64,000 nucleotides of DNA from sequence record OZ196212.1; one strand, given 5' to 3'. The position numbers were made by a program, and so were the translations under genes. The notes under the pieces are model-generated. The model was not told the DNA's origin. It worked only from the letters and a program-made list of their open reading frames with translations, and ran no database searches. Positions 34,656 through 44,325 of this stretch are shown here, one piece after another (position 1 is the first letter of the stretch; each line of letters opens with the position of its first letter).

Positions 34656-35509
34656 TAGACGAAAAAATCTTCGATTCCTCGTAGTGTTACCTTTTCGCTG
34701 TTACCACACTTAGGGCAAACAACATCAATATGAGTAGTCAGACGCGGAACAGAATCGACGAATGTTTGAACTTTCGTGAATGTGTTTGTGTCAATCTCAC
34801 CCATGATATTGATTAGCATGTTTTGTTGTTCAAGTTCTTCTTTGGTGTATACAACTTCGCCCACGTGAACTTCGTGAATCGATGCTACAGCGATATTGAA
34901 TAAACCCTCAGGTGTATTCGGATCGTTGTTCTCGTATACTTTAATGTTCGGGTGTTTCAGCTTGATTACAACGTTGTCGTTCACTTTAACCGTGTCATCG
35001 CCTTTGAACTTCGGTACGTGCGCTTGATTCAAATCAATGTGCGCGTGAATCTGCGTGCCGCATAGCTCTTTATCGGGCGCGAACACAGCTTCGATTGCTT
35101 CGTCGTCAGACTGATTCACGATTTCTGCGAACAGTTCATCGGCAGACTTCGCAAGCTCTGCTTCTTCTTCTGCGCTGATCTCTGCTAGTTCTTCTTCAGT
35201 TTTCGTTCCTTCTGCACAACAGTTATATGTTGCTTGGATGTTTGTCACACCGTTGCTGTTCATATACATGTGCATGAATAGAAATTCACCATCACCGACT
35301 GTCAGTTCTTCCATTTTGATGTCAGACATGATGCAATTTTCAAGTGCTTGCTCGATTGCGTCAACTTTCTGATCTGACTCGTTCGCGATTAGCAACGCTT
35401 TGTGCTCTTTTGCAAGCATAGCGCGAAGCTTAATCTCTTCACCCGTCGATGGTAGTTTAACTGTGTATTGTGGTGCTGCCAGTACGTTTAAATCAAATGT
35501 TTTAGTCAT
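34655..35509 (-). CDS. 26: baseplate hub assembly protein gp26
   Basis: PQYTVKLPSTGEEIKLRAMLAKEHKALL...CPKCG...LRGIEDFF. Confidence 0.85.
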   Translation of the reverse strand: MTKTFDLNVLAAPQYTVKLPSTGEEIKLRAMLAKEHKALLIANESDQKVDAIEQALENCIMSDIKMEELTVGDGEFLFMHMYMNSNGVTNIQATYNCCAEGTKTEEELAEISAEEEAELAKSADELFAEIVNQSDDEAIEAVFAPDKELCGTQIHAHIDLNQAHVPKFKGDDTVKVNDNVVIKLKHPNIKVYENNDPNTPEGLFNIAVASIHEVHVGEVVYTKEELEQQNMLINIMGEIDTNTFTKVQTFVDSVPRLTTHIDVVCPKCGNSEKVTLRGIEDFFV

Positions 35510-35518
35510 GATATTACC

Positions 35519-36259
35519 TTAAAAAAGACCCGTGATTGCTTCTGAGCCCGTATTGTAAATGCTGTTATATGTCTTCTCGAATTCTTGCGAAATCTCTAGT
35601 TGACTTGAAATCTCGTTTTTAATATCTTCGGACAAGTATGTTGCGCTCTCGTACACAAATTCAACTTCGAATTCAGCGATTGCGTTGTTGTTTTCGTAGC
35701 CTAACTGAACGCCACCAACACGCGTCGGGAATGCATTCTTCAAACTAGTCATAGTAACCATGTTCGAGTTGCGGTCATACGTGTAGATTTCAATTGTACG
35801 AGCATAGTTCGCCATGAATCCTACCTGTGCAGTCGCGCTAGTGTAAATCTGTTTGAACCAGCCAAGCATCATTTTACGCTCTGGGTGAGTCGGTGACAGA
35901 TACATTGTCATGGTCACTGTTTCGTCAGTTTTCGATTTGACTATGTGATTTGGCGTGCGTCGAGTCTTATCGACATCAGTTTCGTACGATGACCCCGGGA
36001 TGTTAGTCGATTTCACCATCATTCCGATGTTGCGTTCGTACTCAAACCCCGCGCCGAACAGTTCAATCGTAGACATGAACGCATCTTGAACGCCAACGCC
36101 CTTGACTGAATCAGTCGCAGCGTTGTACATAGTTTCGCCCGTGTTCATAACTTGTTTCGCTGTGTCTTGCAGCGATGCGAAACGCACCGCGTACAAGTTT
36201 TGACGAGCCAAGTCGTTCTTGGTGATTTGCGCCAAGAACTTCTTAACGTCAATGCTCAT
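35519..36259 (-). CDS. 54: baseplate tail tube initiator gp54-like
   Basis: DLARQNLYAVRF; tube-fold C-terminus AFPTRVGGVQLGYE. Confidence 0.75.
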   Translation of the reverse strand: MSIDVKKFLAQITKNDLARQNLYAVRFASLQDTAKQVMNTGETMYNAATDSVKGVGVQDAFMSTIELFGAGFEYERNIGMMVKSTNIPGSSYETDVDKTRRTPNHIVKSKTDETVTMTMYLSPTHPERKMMLGWFKQIYTSATAQVGFMANYARTIEIYTYDRNSNMVTMTSLKNAFPTRVGGVQLGYENNNAIAEFEVEFVYESATYLSEDIKNEISSQLEISQEFEKTYNSIYNTGSEAITGLF

Positions 36260-36261
36260 TT

Positions 36262-36858
36262 TTATCTCCCACGTCTATAACGATCATCGTAAGCACGTAC
36301 AGCAGAAATATTACGACCATTTTTAGCAACGAATTGCTGTAGAGGCATATGAATAACATTGAACCAGTCAGCAGGTTTGACTTCTTCGAGCGAGCCTTTA
36401 ACGCGCTTCAAGATGTACAATTTAACCATGTGTTTACTGAACTTCATGTTCTTCACTCGACCCCAGTCGATAATCAACTTTGTCTTGTTACTTACTGTTT
36501 TCGTGTTCGCGTATCTAAGTATTCTTTCCATGAACTTCTCACGTTCCTTTGGCGGAATGTAGTGTAAGTTCAATCCGAGCATGTATCCCTTGCTAACGCC
36601 TAGACAAACAACGCAAGGGAACTTATCCCAATACGGTAGTTTTGCTTTCGTCTTCGCGTCGTATGCGAATACATACATGTTTCCCTTGTGCGGGACTTGT
36701 ACTTTTTTGCTTCGAATCGCATCATGCACGCGCTTCTTGAACCACGCTATTGATTTGCGCTGATTCTTCGCGACTGGCTGACGACCCATTTCATGCACTT
36801 GTGCTTTGAAACTTTGAAGCAAGCTTTCTTTTTTCTTCGGTGCGCCTGTTTTAGCCAT
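36262..36858 (-). CDS. 2: DNA end protector gp2
   Basis: YDAKTKAKLPYWDKFP...GLNLHYIPP. Confidence 0.92.
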   Translation of the reverse strand: MAKTGAPKKKESLLQSFKAQVHEMGRQPVAKNQRKSIAWFKKRVHDAIRSKKVQVPHKGNMYVFAYDAKTKAKLPYWDKFPCVVCLGVSKGYMLGLNLHYIPPKEREKFMERILRYANTKTVSNKTKLIIDWGRVKNMKFSKHMVKLYILKRVKGSLEEVKPADWFNVIHMPLQQFVAKNGRNISAVRAYDDRYRRGR

Positions 36859-37313
36859 TAGATTCTAAGTCCTATGAGTTTTCTCAAGCCATGCTCAGTG
36901 AGCACTTTAAACTGCCAGCCTTTTTGCTTCGCGAACTTAATCGCAGCAGCCCATTTATCTTGATTGACTTGAAATGTGTATACCTCGTGAATGAGACGCT
37001 TTTTTGCTTTCTCAGTCAGTCGTTGAGGCTTTTCAGGTGGCTGAGTTTCTTTATGAGGCTTAACCTCGAAGATGAACTCGCGACCATCGCTGAACTTCAC
37101 GTAAAAGTCCATAAAATATCTACGTTTTTTACCGCCATCAGCACTGCTCACGTACGGTATAACGATTTCTTCACTGTTCCAACGAACAACGTCAGGGTTG
37201 TTATCGCACCAACGCATGAAAGATAGCTCCCATGAGCTGCGATATTCTATCTTCTGATAGTTGCCTTTGTACTTTTGTTTGTTCGATGGGACGAATTTTC
37301 CAGAATATGCCAT
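36858..37313 (-). CDS. 4: head completion nuclease gp4
   Basis: MAYSGKF...KYKGN...YRSSWE...RRYFMDF...EVKP. Confidence 0.93.
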   Translation of the reverse strand: MAYSGKFVPSNKQKYKGNYQKIEYRSSWELSFMRWCDNNPDVVRWNSEEIVIPYVSSADGGKKRRYFMDFYVKFSDGREFIFEVKPHKETQPPEKPQRLTEKAKKRLIHEVYTFQVNQDKWAAAIKFAKQKGWQFKVLTEHGLRKLIGLRI

Positions 37314-37363
37314 AAACGTCTCCTTTCTTATATTTAGTGAACTTCTAAATACGAGTATTACAC

Positions 37364-38518
37364 ATGAATAGGAGCCGACATATGTCTTGGATCGGTCTGA
37401 CAGGAAAACAAACAAATACCGCCGAACGAATCTTATCGATGGAATCGGGACCGTCTGGCGGAGTAACAGAAACTAAAGAAATCACAGACGATGAGAAAGA
37501 TGCCAAAGCTCAGGGAAGTAGCAATGTCGCGCTGACATATCCCGCTAATCTTGGTGCAATGGGCGGTCATCCGAACTTCTTTATGTTTCGAGCATACGAC
37601 ATGGCGAGCACTACAAAGCAGCATTACACTGATATGCGTAGCTCGTTCACGTCAAATCAAAGCGAACGCGAAAGTGCAGATAAAATCCCTCAAGAATTGA
37701 TGGCTACCATCGCACTGTACGCACCGAACGTAGTAGAAGAAGTCTCACACGAGTTTGACAAAACGGCAACGTCTGTTTTCTCAGACTTCTTAGCCGATGC
37801 CGCAGCAGCAGTTGGGGCAGATTCAACGCAAGGTAAAGTTGAAGGGGCAGGCAAAGCGATTCGAACTGGTGTTGGTGCGACACTAGCACAAGCAAAACGC
37901 TCGTTCATTCAGCAGAATGCAGCAGCACAATTGGAGAAGAATAGCTCAGTTGTTACCGATAACGTAACAGTTTCTTCGTACAAGGGTACATCACAGCGTC
38001 AACAGACATTAGTGTATATCTTCCACCCGAAATCACTTGATGAATTGAAAACAGTCGGTCAGATTATTAAGACGTTCTACAGTCTTTCGCTTCCGATTAA
38101 AACGAGTATATCAGGTGATGATGTAGTCGGATATGACTCTACGGGTGCCGATGGCGCAGCGGGTTTTGCTAAGTATGCAACTCTTTTGAAAACACCACCA
38201 GTATGGTTGATTGAAGAAGTTTCAGATTCGAGTGCTGACAGATGGACACCTCGTTTCATTTTCGGTCCCGCGGGTATCACGTCAGTGAAATTGAACAGAA
38301 CACCAGATCAATACTGGCGCACGTTCAGAGGCACAGCAGGTGACCCGTCTGGTATTGAAATGGAAATTACGTTTACTGAACTTATTCCGCTTGATCGCGC
38401 TATGTATCTTCGTGATGTTAATAGTAGCATTAACGGGTATCAAGATAACACGGTCACTGCATCAGGTGATAGTGAAGATAGCGGTAGCTTTATCGACGAT
38501 GTTAAGGGGATTTTCTAA
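37364..38518 (+). CDS. 48: baseplate tail tube cap gp48
   Basis: synteny; C-terminal GITSVKLNRTPD...EITFTELIPL. Confidence 0.75.
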   Translation: MNRSRHMSWIGLTGKQTNTAERILSMESGPSGGVTETKEITDDEKDAKAQGSSNVALTYPANLGAMGGHPNFFMFRAYDMASTTKQHYTDMRSSFTSNQSERESADKIPQELMATIALYAPNVVEEVSHEFDKTATSVFSDFLADAAAAVGADSTQGKVEGAGKAIRTGVGATLAQAKRSFIQQNAAAQLEKNSSVVTDNVTVSSYKGTSQRQQTLVYIFHPKSLDELKTVGQIIKTFYSLSLPIKTSISGDDVVGYDSTGADGAAGFAKYATLLKTPPVWLIEEVSDSSADRWTPRFIFGPAGITSVKLNRTPDQYWRTFRGTAGDPSGIEMEITFTELIPLDRAMYLRDVNSSINGYQDNTVTASGDSEDSGSFIDDVKGIF

Positions 38519-39096
38519 TGATTTTTTCAATATTCGATAAAACAGAATATGGTGACGTTGAGACAGCCGATATTTTCAAGAACTTGAATTATTACCACAA
38601 GCAATTGATTGGCTCATTCGATGTCATACAATACACAATTGTCGGCGACTTTCGACCAGAACAGATCGCGTATCGTCTATATGGCGATACGTCGCTGTAT
38701 TGGATGATTCTTCTACTAAACGAACGCGTTGATCCGTTCTATGATTGGGTTCAGCCCAATGAAACAGTCGCGGAAAATGCAGAGTATCGCTATCAGTGGA
38801 TTGGTGGCCACGAGCAAGTGCATCATCATGTAGATGAACAAGGGCGTTGGTGGTACGATATGGTAGAAGACCCCGACAACCCGCGAAACTGGTACAATGA
38901 ATTTGACTTCATCAACAACGCGCCTGAAGAGGGGCAAGAAGATCATCGCGAGATTTTATATCACGGTGTCATGATTCCTGTGTCGGTTGATGAATATGAG
39001 TTCAACACAAATGAAAACTCGCGAGTGATCAACATACTATCGAAAGACGATGTTAGTACGTATGTCAGCTCGTTTATGAAATTAGCAGGGGTATAA
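38518..39096 (+). CDS. 53: baseplate wedge gp53
   Basis: RPEQIAYRLYGDTSLYWMILLLN...DPFYDW. Confidence 0.9.
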   Translation: MIFSIFDKTEYGDVETADIFKNLNYYHKQLIGSFDVIQYTIVGDFRPEQIAYRLYGDTSLYWMILLLNERVDPFYDWVQPNETVAENAEYRYQWIGGHEQVHHHVDEQGRWWYDMVEDPDNPRNWYNEFDFINNAPEEGQEDHREILYHGVMIPVSVDEYEFNTNENSRVINILSKDDVSTYVSSFMKLAGV

Positions 39097-39097
39097 C

Positions 39098-40369
39098 ATG
39101 TTTGAAATGCGCTCGGCTAACCCCGTTGAGAACTTCGTGGTTAGCTCAATACAGATTCGAGGCGTAAATTACAGTGCAGGTGTCGAGAACGAGATCACGC
39201 ACTTGGAAATTTACGAATCGCTTGATGGCTTAACGTCAGGGATCTTCATGTTCACTGACACTGCGGGTATCGCAGACACATTACGACCAATGGGATTTGA
39301 AGCGGTTGACATCGAATTCGCGTCTCTCGTCGGGGCGCAAGCACACAAGGTTTATAAAAAGTCGTTTCGTTGTACTGGTATTACTCGTCAGCCATCAAAA
39401 ACTGGTGGCTATGAGACGGTAATGATTCGATTCACGAACAACTTAATCACGATGAATGACTATGTGAAACGCCCGTATGTTTTCAAGAAAACAAGTATCT
39501 CGAATATCATCACGGCAATTCTAGATGGTCTTGGTGATGAAGTACCGGTATATGACATCGAGCAGTCGCTATATCAGCGTGATTTTGTCACGTCGATTAC
39601 AAAGCCGTTCGATACGATCATGAGCTTAGTGGATTATGCGAGTACCGACGTGAATAACTCGTGTAAGTTCAAGTTCTATGAAGATCGCGATGGTCTGAAG
39701 TTCAAATCACTCGGTACGATTCGCGATCAAGATTACGACTTCATCATTCGCAAGGGTGCGAATACGGGCGACGGTAAGTGGACGTCGGGTGAAGGTAACG
39801 CGATTACTGCGCTTCGTGTTGTCGTGAAAGAACAATCAAATATGCACGAAATCAGTAGCGGAATATTCGGCGCACGAACGTACGCACACAGCTTGATTAA
39901 TAAAAAGCTGACGACTAGTGATGTTCGACGTAATGACTATATCGCGAGTGTTGGTATTTTAAATGACACTGCTCACATGTACACGAGCGAAGACGTGTTT
40001 CCTAGTGAAGTTACCGAGTCTGAACAGCCATTGAACAGCATTCAGCTTGTATCACACGACGGGTTTTATGAAAAAGACACGCAACACCCACTAGGGTCAA
40101 CGCATAGCGTGTCTATCATGGAAGAAACGTACATCAGATCTAAGACGATCATCGTTGAAATCCCGGGAAATACGAATATGACTGTAGGTGAAGTCGTTTA
40201 CATGGACTTGCATTCAGTAACGGGTGAGAATCACGCGAGTTTAGACGCGTCAGGTCGATGGGTAATTCAAGAGTTGAAGCACCGCGTTGAACTGAATCAA
40301 TTTATAACGACACTTGAGCTAGTCAGTGATTCATCATTGAACGTAGCAGTGGCGGGGAGTGACACATAA
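39098..40369 (+). CDS. 27: baseplate hub gp27-like
   Basis: LEIYESL..., FKFYEDRDGLKFKSL, IPGN...VGEVV; precedes gp5. Confidence 0.75.
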   Translation: MFEMRSANPVENFVVSSIQIRGVNYSAGVENEITHLEIYESLDGLTSGIFMFTDTAGIADTLRPMGFEAVDIEFASLVGAQAHKVYKKSFRCTGITRQPSKTGGYETVMIRFTNNLITMNDYVKRPYVFKKTSISNIITAILDGLGDEVPVYDIEQSLYQRDFVTSITKPFDTIMSLVDYASTDVNNSCKFKFYEDRDGLKFKSLGTIRDQDYDFIIRKGANTGDGKWTSGEGNAITALRVVVKEQSNMHEISSGIFGARTYAHSLINKKLTTSDVRRNDYIASVGILNDTAHMYTSEDVFPSEVTESEQPLNSIQLVSHDGFYEKDTQHPLGSTHSVSIMEETYIRSKTIIVEIPGNTNMTVGEVVYMDLHSVTGENHASLDASGRWVIQELKHRVELNQFITTLELVSDSSLNVAVAGSDT

Positions 40370-41634
40370 TGTTTATGGGATTAGAGGGCTTTGAATGGTG
40401 GACTGGTGTGGTTGAAGATCGCACTAGCGACCCGCTCAAGCTTGGTAGATTAAAAGTACGAATGATTGGCTTGCATCCCGAGAAGAAAAACTCTGAGCAA
40501 GGCATCAAGACTGAAGATTTGCTTTGGGTTCACCCGATGCAGTCGCTTGATAACGCAGCAATGAACGGAATTGGTAATGCATCAATCGGTGTCGTTGAGG
40601 GTACGTGGCTGTTCGGCTTCTATCGCGACAAACTTAGACAAGATGCAGTTGCGATTGGTTCACTTCCCGGTATTCCCGGTGAAGCTGCTAACGGCTCACG
40701 TGGGTTCAATGACCCGAATGAGAAATATCCGTTAGCTGACAAGCTCAATGAGCCAGACACGAATCGACTTGCGCGTAACGACGTTTCGACAGACGAATAC
40801 GACGAGCAAACAGCAGTCGATGAATTCAACAACGGCACGACTGATTACGTGCATAGACCGCACCCTGTTATCGCAGCGAAACGCGCTTTAGATGAAACAG
40901 AAATACCAACAGCGGGATATAACGAAGACGGAGTGCCGTATGATGAGCCTAGCACCCCGTATAACGCTCAGTATCCGTTCAATCACGTTCGTGAGAGTGA
41001 GAGTGGGCATATACAAGAAATCGACGACACAGAGGGCGTAGAGCGTCTTCATACGTATCATAGAACAGGCACGTTTGAAGAAATTCATCCCGACGGCACG
41101 AAAGTGACTCGAATCATAGGTGACGACTTTGAGATCGTGAAGCGCGATCAGAACTTGCTTGTAAAAGGCAACTTGAATATCACGGTAGTTGGCGATGCGA
41201 CGTTCTACTGTCAAAGCAATGTAACGCAGCAAATCGACGGTAACTTGAAACAACACGTGAAAGGCAATGTTGATCAGCACGTTGAAATGGACGTGACGCA
41301 GACAGTTGACCAGAACGTGAATCAAACTGTACATCAAAACGTGACTCAAGAAGTCGATGGTAACGTATCACAGACAGTTCATCAGAACGTCACACAGCAG
41401 GTTGATCAGAATGTGACTCAAACAGTGGGCGGAAACGTACAAAGCACTGTCTCAGGGGATTACACGCAGAATATCAGCGGTAATTATTCGATAACAGTCG
41501 GTGGCTCGATGTCTGAAAGTGTAAGTTCGTCTTATACGAGATCAGCAGCTTCTATCTCAGACGATGGTGGCGGTGCAACATTGAGTCTTGCAGGTGCAGC
41601 AGCACTAGACGGTTCAACAGTGAGCTTAGGCTAA
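40369..41634 (+). CDS. 5: baseplate spike gp5 (OB fold plus beta-helix, no lysozyme domain)
   Basis: GVVEDR..DPLKLGRLKVR; YPFNHVRESESGH; VxQNVxQT repeats. Confidence 0.92.
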   Translation: MFMGLEGFEWWTGVVEDRTSDPLKLGRLKVRMIGLHPEKKNSEQGIKTEDLLWVHPMQSLDNAAMNGIGNASIGVVEGTWLFGFYRDKLRQDAVAIGSLPGIPGEAANGSRGFNDPNEKYPLADKLNEPDTNRLARNDVSTDEYDEQTAVDEFNNGTTDYVHRPHPVIAAKRALDETEIPTAGYNEDGVPYDEPSTPYNAQYPFNHVRESESGHIQEIDDTEGVERLHTYHRTGTFEEIHPDGTKVTRIIGDDFEIVKRDQNLLVKGNLNITVVGDATFYCQSNVTQQIDGNLKQHVKGNVDQHVEMDVTQTVDQNVNQTVHQNVTQEVDGNVSQTVHQNVTQQVDQNVTQTVGGNVQSTVSGDYTQNISGNYSITVGGSMSESVSSSYTRSAASISDDGGGATLSLAGAAALDGSTVSLG

Positions 41635-42116
41635 TGGCTAGTATTCTTCCGCTTTTGCTAGAAGAAACACCAGAATCGGAGAATGTCGATGTGACGTTCT
41701 CCGCTGTTCTTGAAGAGGGCGAGACTCTTGATAGCATTAGCATAACATCGCACAGAGAAAATAACGGCATAACAGTAGTCGGCGCGAGATTTCACGGTCA
41801 ATACGTCGATTCGTTCGATTTGGGTCCGAGTGGGTTGCAGTATCGCGATACGCGAGATAATAGCTATCACTCAGTGAGTGGCTTTGATGAGTTACCCGAA
41901 AATCCACAAAACGGTCACGTGTATCGATTCGAAGCACCGAGTCCGTTGACGACTGATTATGACTACACAGTAACTTTAAATTACACGTATGAAGACCCAT
42001 TAGTACCGGGAATGCCAGAAGAGTTGGAGATCGTAGAGACGTTTACGCAGACTGTAAAAGGCAAATATGACGCTTGGGGTCAACAATTGCGTGATTACAT
42101 AGCATTTGGGAATTAA
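41634..42116 (+). CDS. hypothetical baseplate-region protein (T4 5.1 position)
   Basis: ORF coupled to gp5. Confidence 0.6.
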   Translation: MASILPLLLEETPESENVDVTFSAVLEEGETLDSISITSHRENNGITVVGARFHGQYVDSFDLGPSGLQYRDTRDNSYHSVSGFDELPENPQNGHVYRFEAPSPLTTDYDYTVTLNYTYEDPLVPGMPEELEIVETFTQTVKGKYDAWGQQLRDYIAFGN

Positions 42117-42117
42117 T

Positions 42118-42414
42118 ATGCCAGCTTTAGCGAGATCAGGTGACCCGACAACAGGTCACGGGACGTATCCGCCAACTAACGTAGTGGGTGGTAGTCCGAA
42201 AGTAAGCGCACAGGGGATTGGAGTTTTGTCACAAGCAAACTTAGTTCACGTGACGCATTGCAATACAGTAAAACCGCATGATTGCCATGCGGGTTCAGCA
42301 GCAACGTACAGCGATAAAGTTTTTATCGAAGGAAGCCCCGCAGTTCGCATAGGTGATATGCTAACTTGCGGAGATACTGTAGCGGGTGGTGCAGGGAAAG
42401 TTGTTAGTTCTTAG
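42118..42414 (+). CDS. 5.4: PAAR spike-tip protein (gp5.4-like)
   Basis: PALARSGD..TGHG.YPP...PAVRIGDMLTCGD. Confidence 0.9.
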   Translation: MPALARSGDPTTGHGTYPPTNVVGGSPKVSAQGIGVLSQANLVHVTHCNTVKPHDCHAGSAATYSDKVFIEGSPAVRIGDMLTCGDTVAGGAGKVVSS

Positions 42415-42760
42415 AGTGTGAACGAATTTCATCTTCACGCGTTGGTGACGTATCAACAGGCTCTGGCTTGAACGAGTTGTCGTTTGCAGTCGGAGCAACT
42501 AGAACAATATCAGCGTCAACTTTGTGCGCGCCAGTGTCATCGACTACTTCAGTCATCACAGGGCGCGTGATTGGCGATGTTACTAGCTTCACACCAGATG
42601 CAACTACAGTGAACACAACGATTGTTAAGATGATTTTAGCGAACGGTACTTCAACGTTCTTTGTCTTTGTCAGTTTCATTACGAACCATATGAAAAACAG
42701 TGCTAGAAGTAAGAACGCGGCGATACCAAGAACAGGTAATACGGGTAGTAAGAATTCCAT
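42404..42760 (-). CDS. two-TM membrane protein
   Basis: two hydrophobic helices. Confidence 0.65.
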   Translation of the reverse strand: MEFLLPVLPVLGIAAFLLLALFFIWFVMKLTKTKNVEVPFAKIILTIVVFTVVASGVKLVTSPITRPVMTEVVDDTGAHKVDADIVLVAPTANDNSFKPEPVDTSPTREDEIRSHSKN

Positions 42761-42815
42761 TTTATTTCCTTTTTAAAAAAGAAGAGCGACTATTTAGCCG
42801 CTCTTGAGTTTTTGA

Positions 42816-43691
42816 TTACTTAACTTGAGAAGTCAGGTTAAGATTGTCAATCATACCGCTTGGTACGAACACTTTGTTTGTGCCTTGAGCCATCATTCGA
42901 AGTGTTTTCTGCTCTTCAAGGAATCGAACGTTGTCGTTCATTAGCTTGTCAGCAACAAGTTTCTTCGTTTCAGCTTCGTACAGTTCGATTTCACGCTCTT
43001 TCTTCGATACTTCTTCACGAGTCTTGATAGTCAACAGGTCAAGTTTACGCTGTGCATTCACAGTATCTTCTTGTTGGCGACGTTCAGCAGATTTAATCTG
43101 TGCATCAGTGATTGTATCTGGGTAAACAACATCAGTCACACCAACTACTTTGATTACGAACGGTGTATCAGCTAGTTCTTGATTCAGACGTTGTTTCACA
43201 AATTCGTTCAGTTTCTGACGAGTAGACGCGACTTCTGCGATAGAGTATTCAGCGATAATCGACGGAATAATCGTATTCAGTTTTGCACGTGCATAACGTT
43301 CGAACACTGCTTTCTGTTCAATTACACCAACTTGGTCAGCGAGTGATTTAAACGGAACTTTAGTAAACACGAAGTTGTATTTCTTCGGGTTCATCGCCAT
43401 CGTCATTTCGATGTCGTACTTCAGCATCAGTTCGTCTTTCGGCATGAACGTGTTGAAGTTCATTTCGTAGAAGCTGTCTGACACATCAAGCATTACTAGA
43501 CGGTCAGGGTAGCGCCAAGCCCAATCTAGACGAAACTTAGAAGGACCACGCGGTTGAGCTGACGCATCGAAACCATCTTTCGTCTGAATCTTGCCGACGT
43601 AACCAGTCGGGATTTCAGCAGGCGTACCACAGCCAACAAGTGCTAGACCTAGTGCAGCGACTGAAAGTAGTTTTGCGATTTTCTTAATCAT
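42816..43691 (-). CDS. SPFH/band-7 family lipoprotein
   Basis: lipobox LVGC; IPTGYVGKI; C-terminal coiled coil and TNKVFVP. Confidence 0.75.
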   Translation of the reverse strand: MIKKIAKLLSVAALGLALVGCGTPAEIPTGYVGKIQTKDGFDASAQPRGPSKFRLDWAWRYPDRLVMLDVSDSFYEMNFNTFMPKDELMLKYDIEMTMAMNPKKYNFVFTKVPFKSLADQVGVIEQKAVFERYARAKLNTIIPSIIAEYSIAEVASTRQKLNEFVKQRLNQELADTPFVIKVVGVTDVVYPDTITDAQIKSAERRQQEDTVNAQRKLDLLTIKTREEVSKKEREIELYEAETKKLVADKLMNDNVRFLEEQKTLRMMAQGTNKVFVPSGMIDNLNLTSQVK

Positions 43692-43756
43692 GTTTTTCTC
43701 TCTTAGTTAATGATGTTTACTTCATTGTTTGTGCGCTTCGTTGCGCTGAGGAGTAC

Positions 43757-43785
43757 ATAGTAGGCAAATTCGATGCACCTGTCAA
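43757..43785 (-). promoter_or_regulatory. sigma70-like early promoter of the SPFH gene
   Basis: TTGACA-N17-TACTAT. Confidence 0.8.
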
Positions 43786-43823
43786 CACTTTTTCTATAAA
43801 TAATTAAAAATACGGAGAATAAC

Positions 43824-44243
43824 ATGGCAATTTCAGAGCTAAACACGCTGAAACCCGGGAAATATTACTACAGTGATATACCCGCGAACTTCAGTAAGAG
43901 TGTTGTAAACAATGACTTGAGCGCGTCATACGACTTAAAAGCAGTTCAAGAATCGATTGTCGGGATCGTGAGTACAAATAAAGGCGAACGTCCTTTCAAT
44001 CCTGAGTTTGGTTGTGATATCAACAATCAACTATTCGAGAATATTTCACCTGCGAGTGCTTTTGCAATAAAGTACAGCATTGAGAACGCGATTTCTCAAT
44101 GGGAGCCGCGTGTAATACTCAAGCGTGTTGAGGTTAGACCGTTGTACGATCAGAATACGTATCAAGTAGAGGTTCAATATCGCTTGAGAACAAACGTAGA
44201 CCGCACATTCGCGACGACAACTACACTCGCTAGTCGAACTTAA
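43824..44243 (+). CDS. 25: baseplate wedge gp25
   Basis: YSDI...TNKGERPFNPEFGC...WEPRV; TATAAATA upstream. Confidence 0.93.
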   Translation: MAISELNTLKPGKYYYSDIPANFSKSVVNNDLSASYDLKAVQESIVGIVSTNKGERPFNPEFGCDINNQLFENISPASAFAIKYSIENAISQWEPRVILKRVEVRPLYDQNTYQVEVQYRLRTNVDRTFATTTTLASRT

Positions 44244-44325
44244 TAGAAGCCCGCCATTTGAGCGGGTTTTTTTGTGCATTAAATATAAGAAACGAATTCT
44301 ACGAGAAATTTATCAAGGGGATAAC

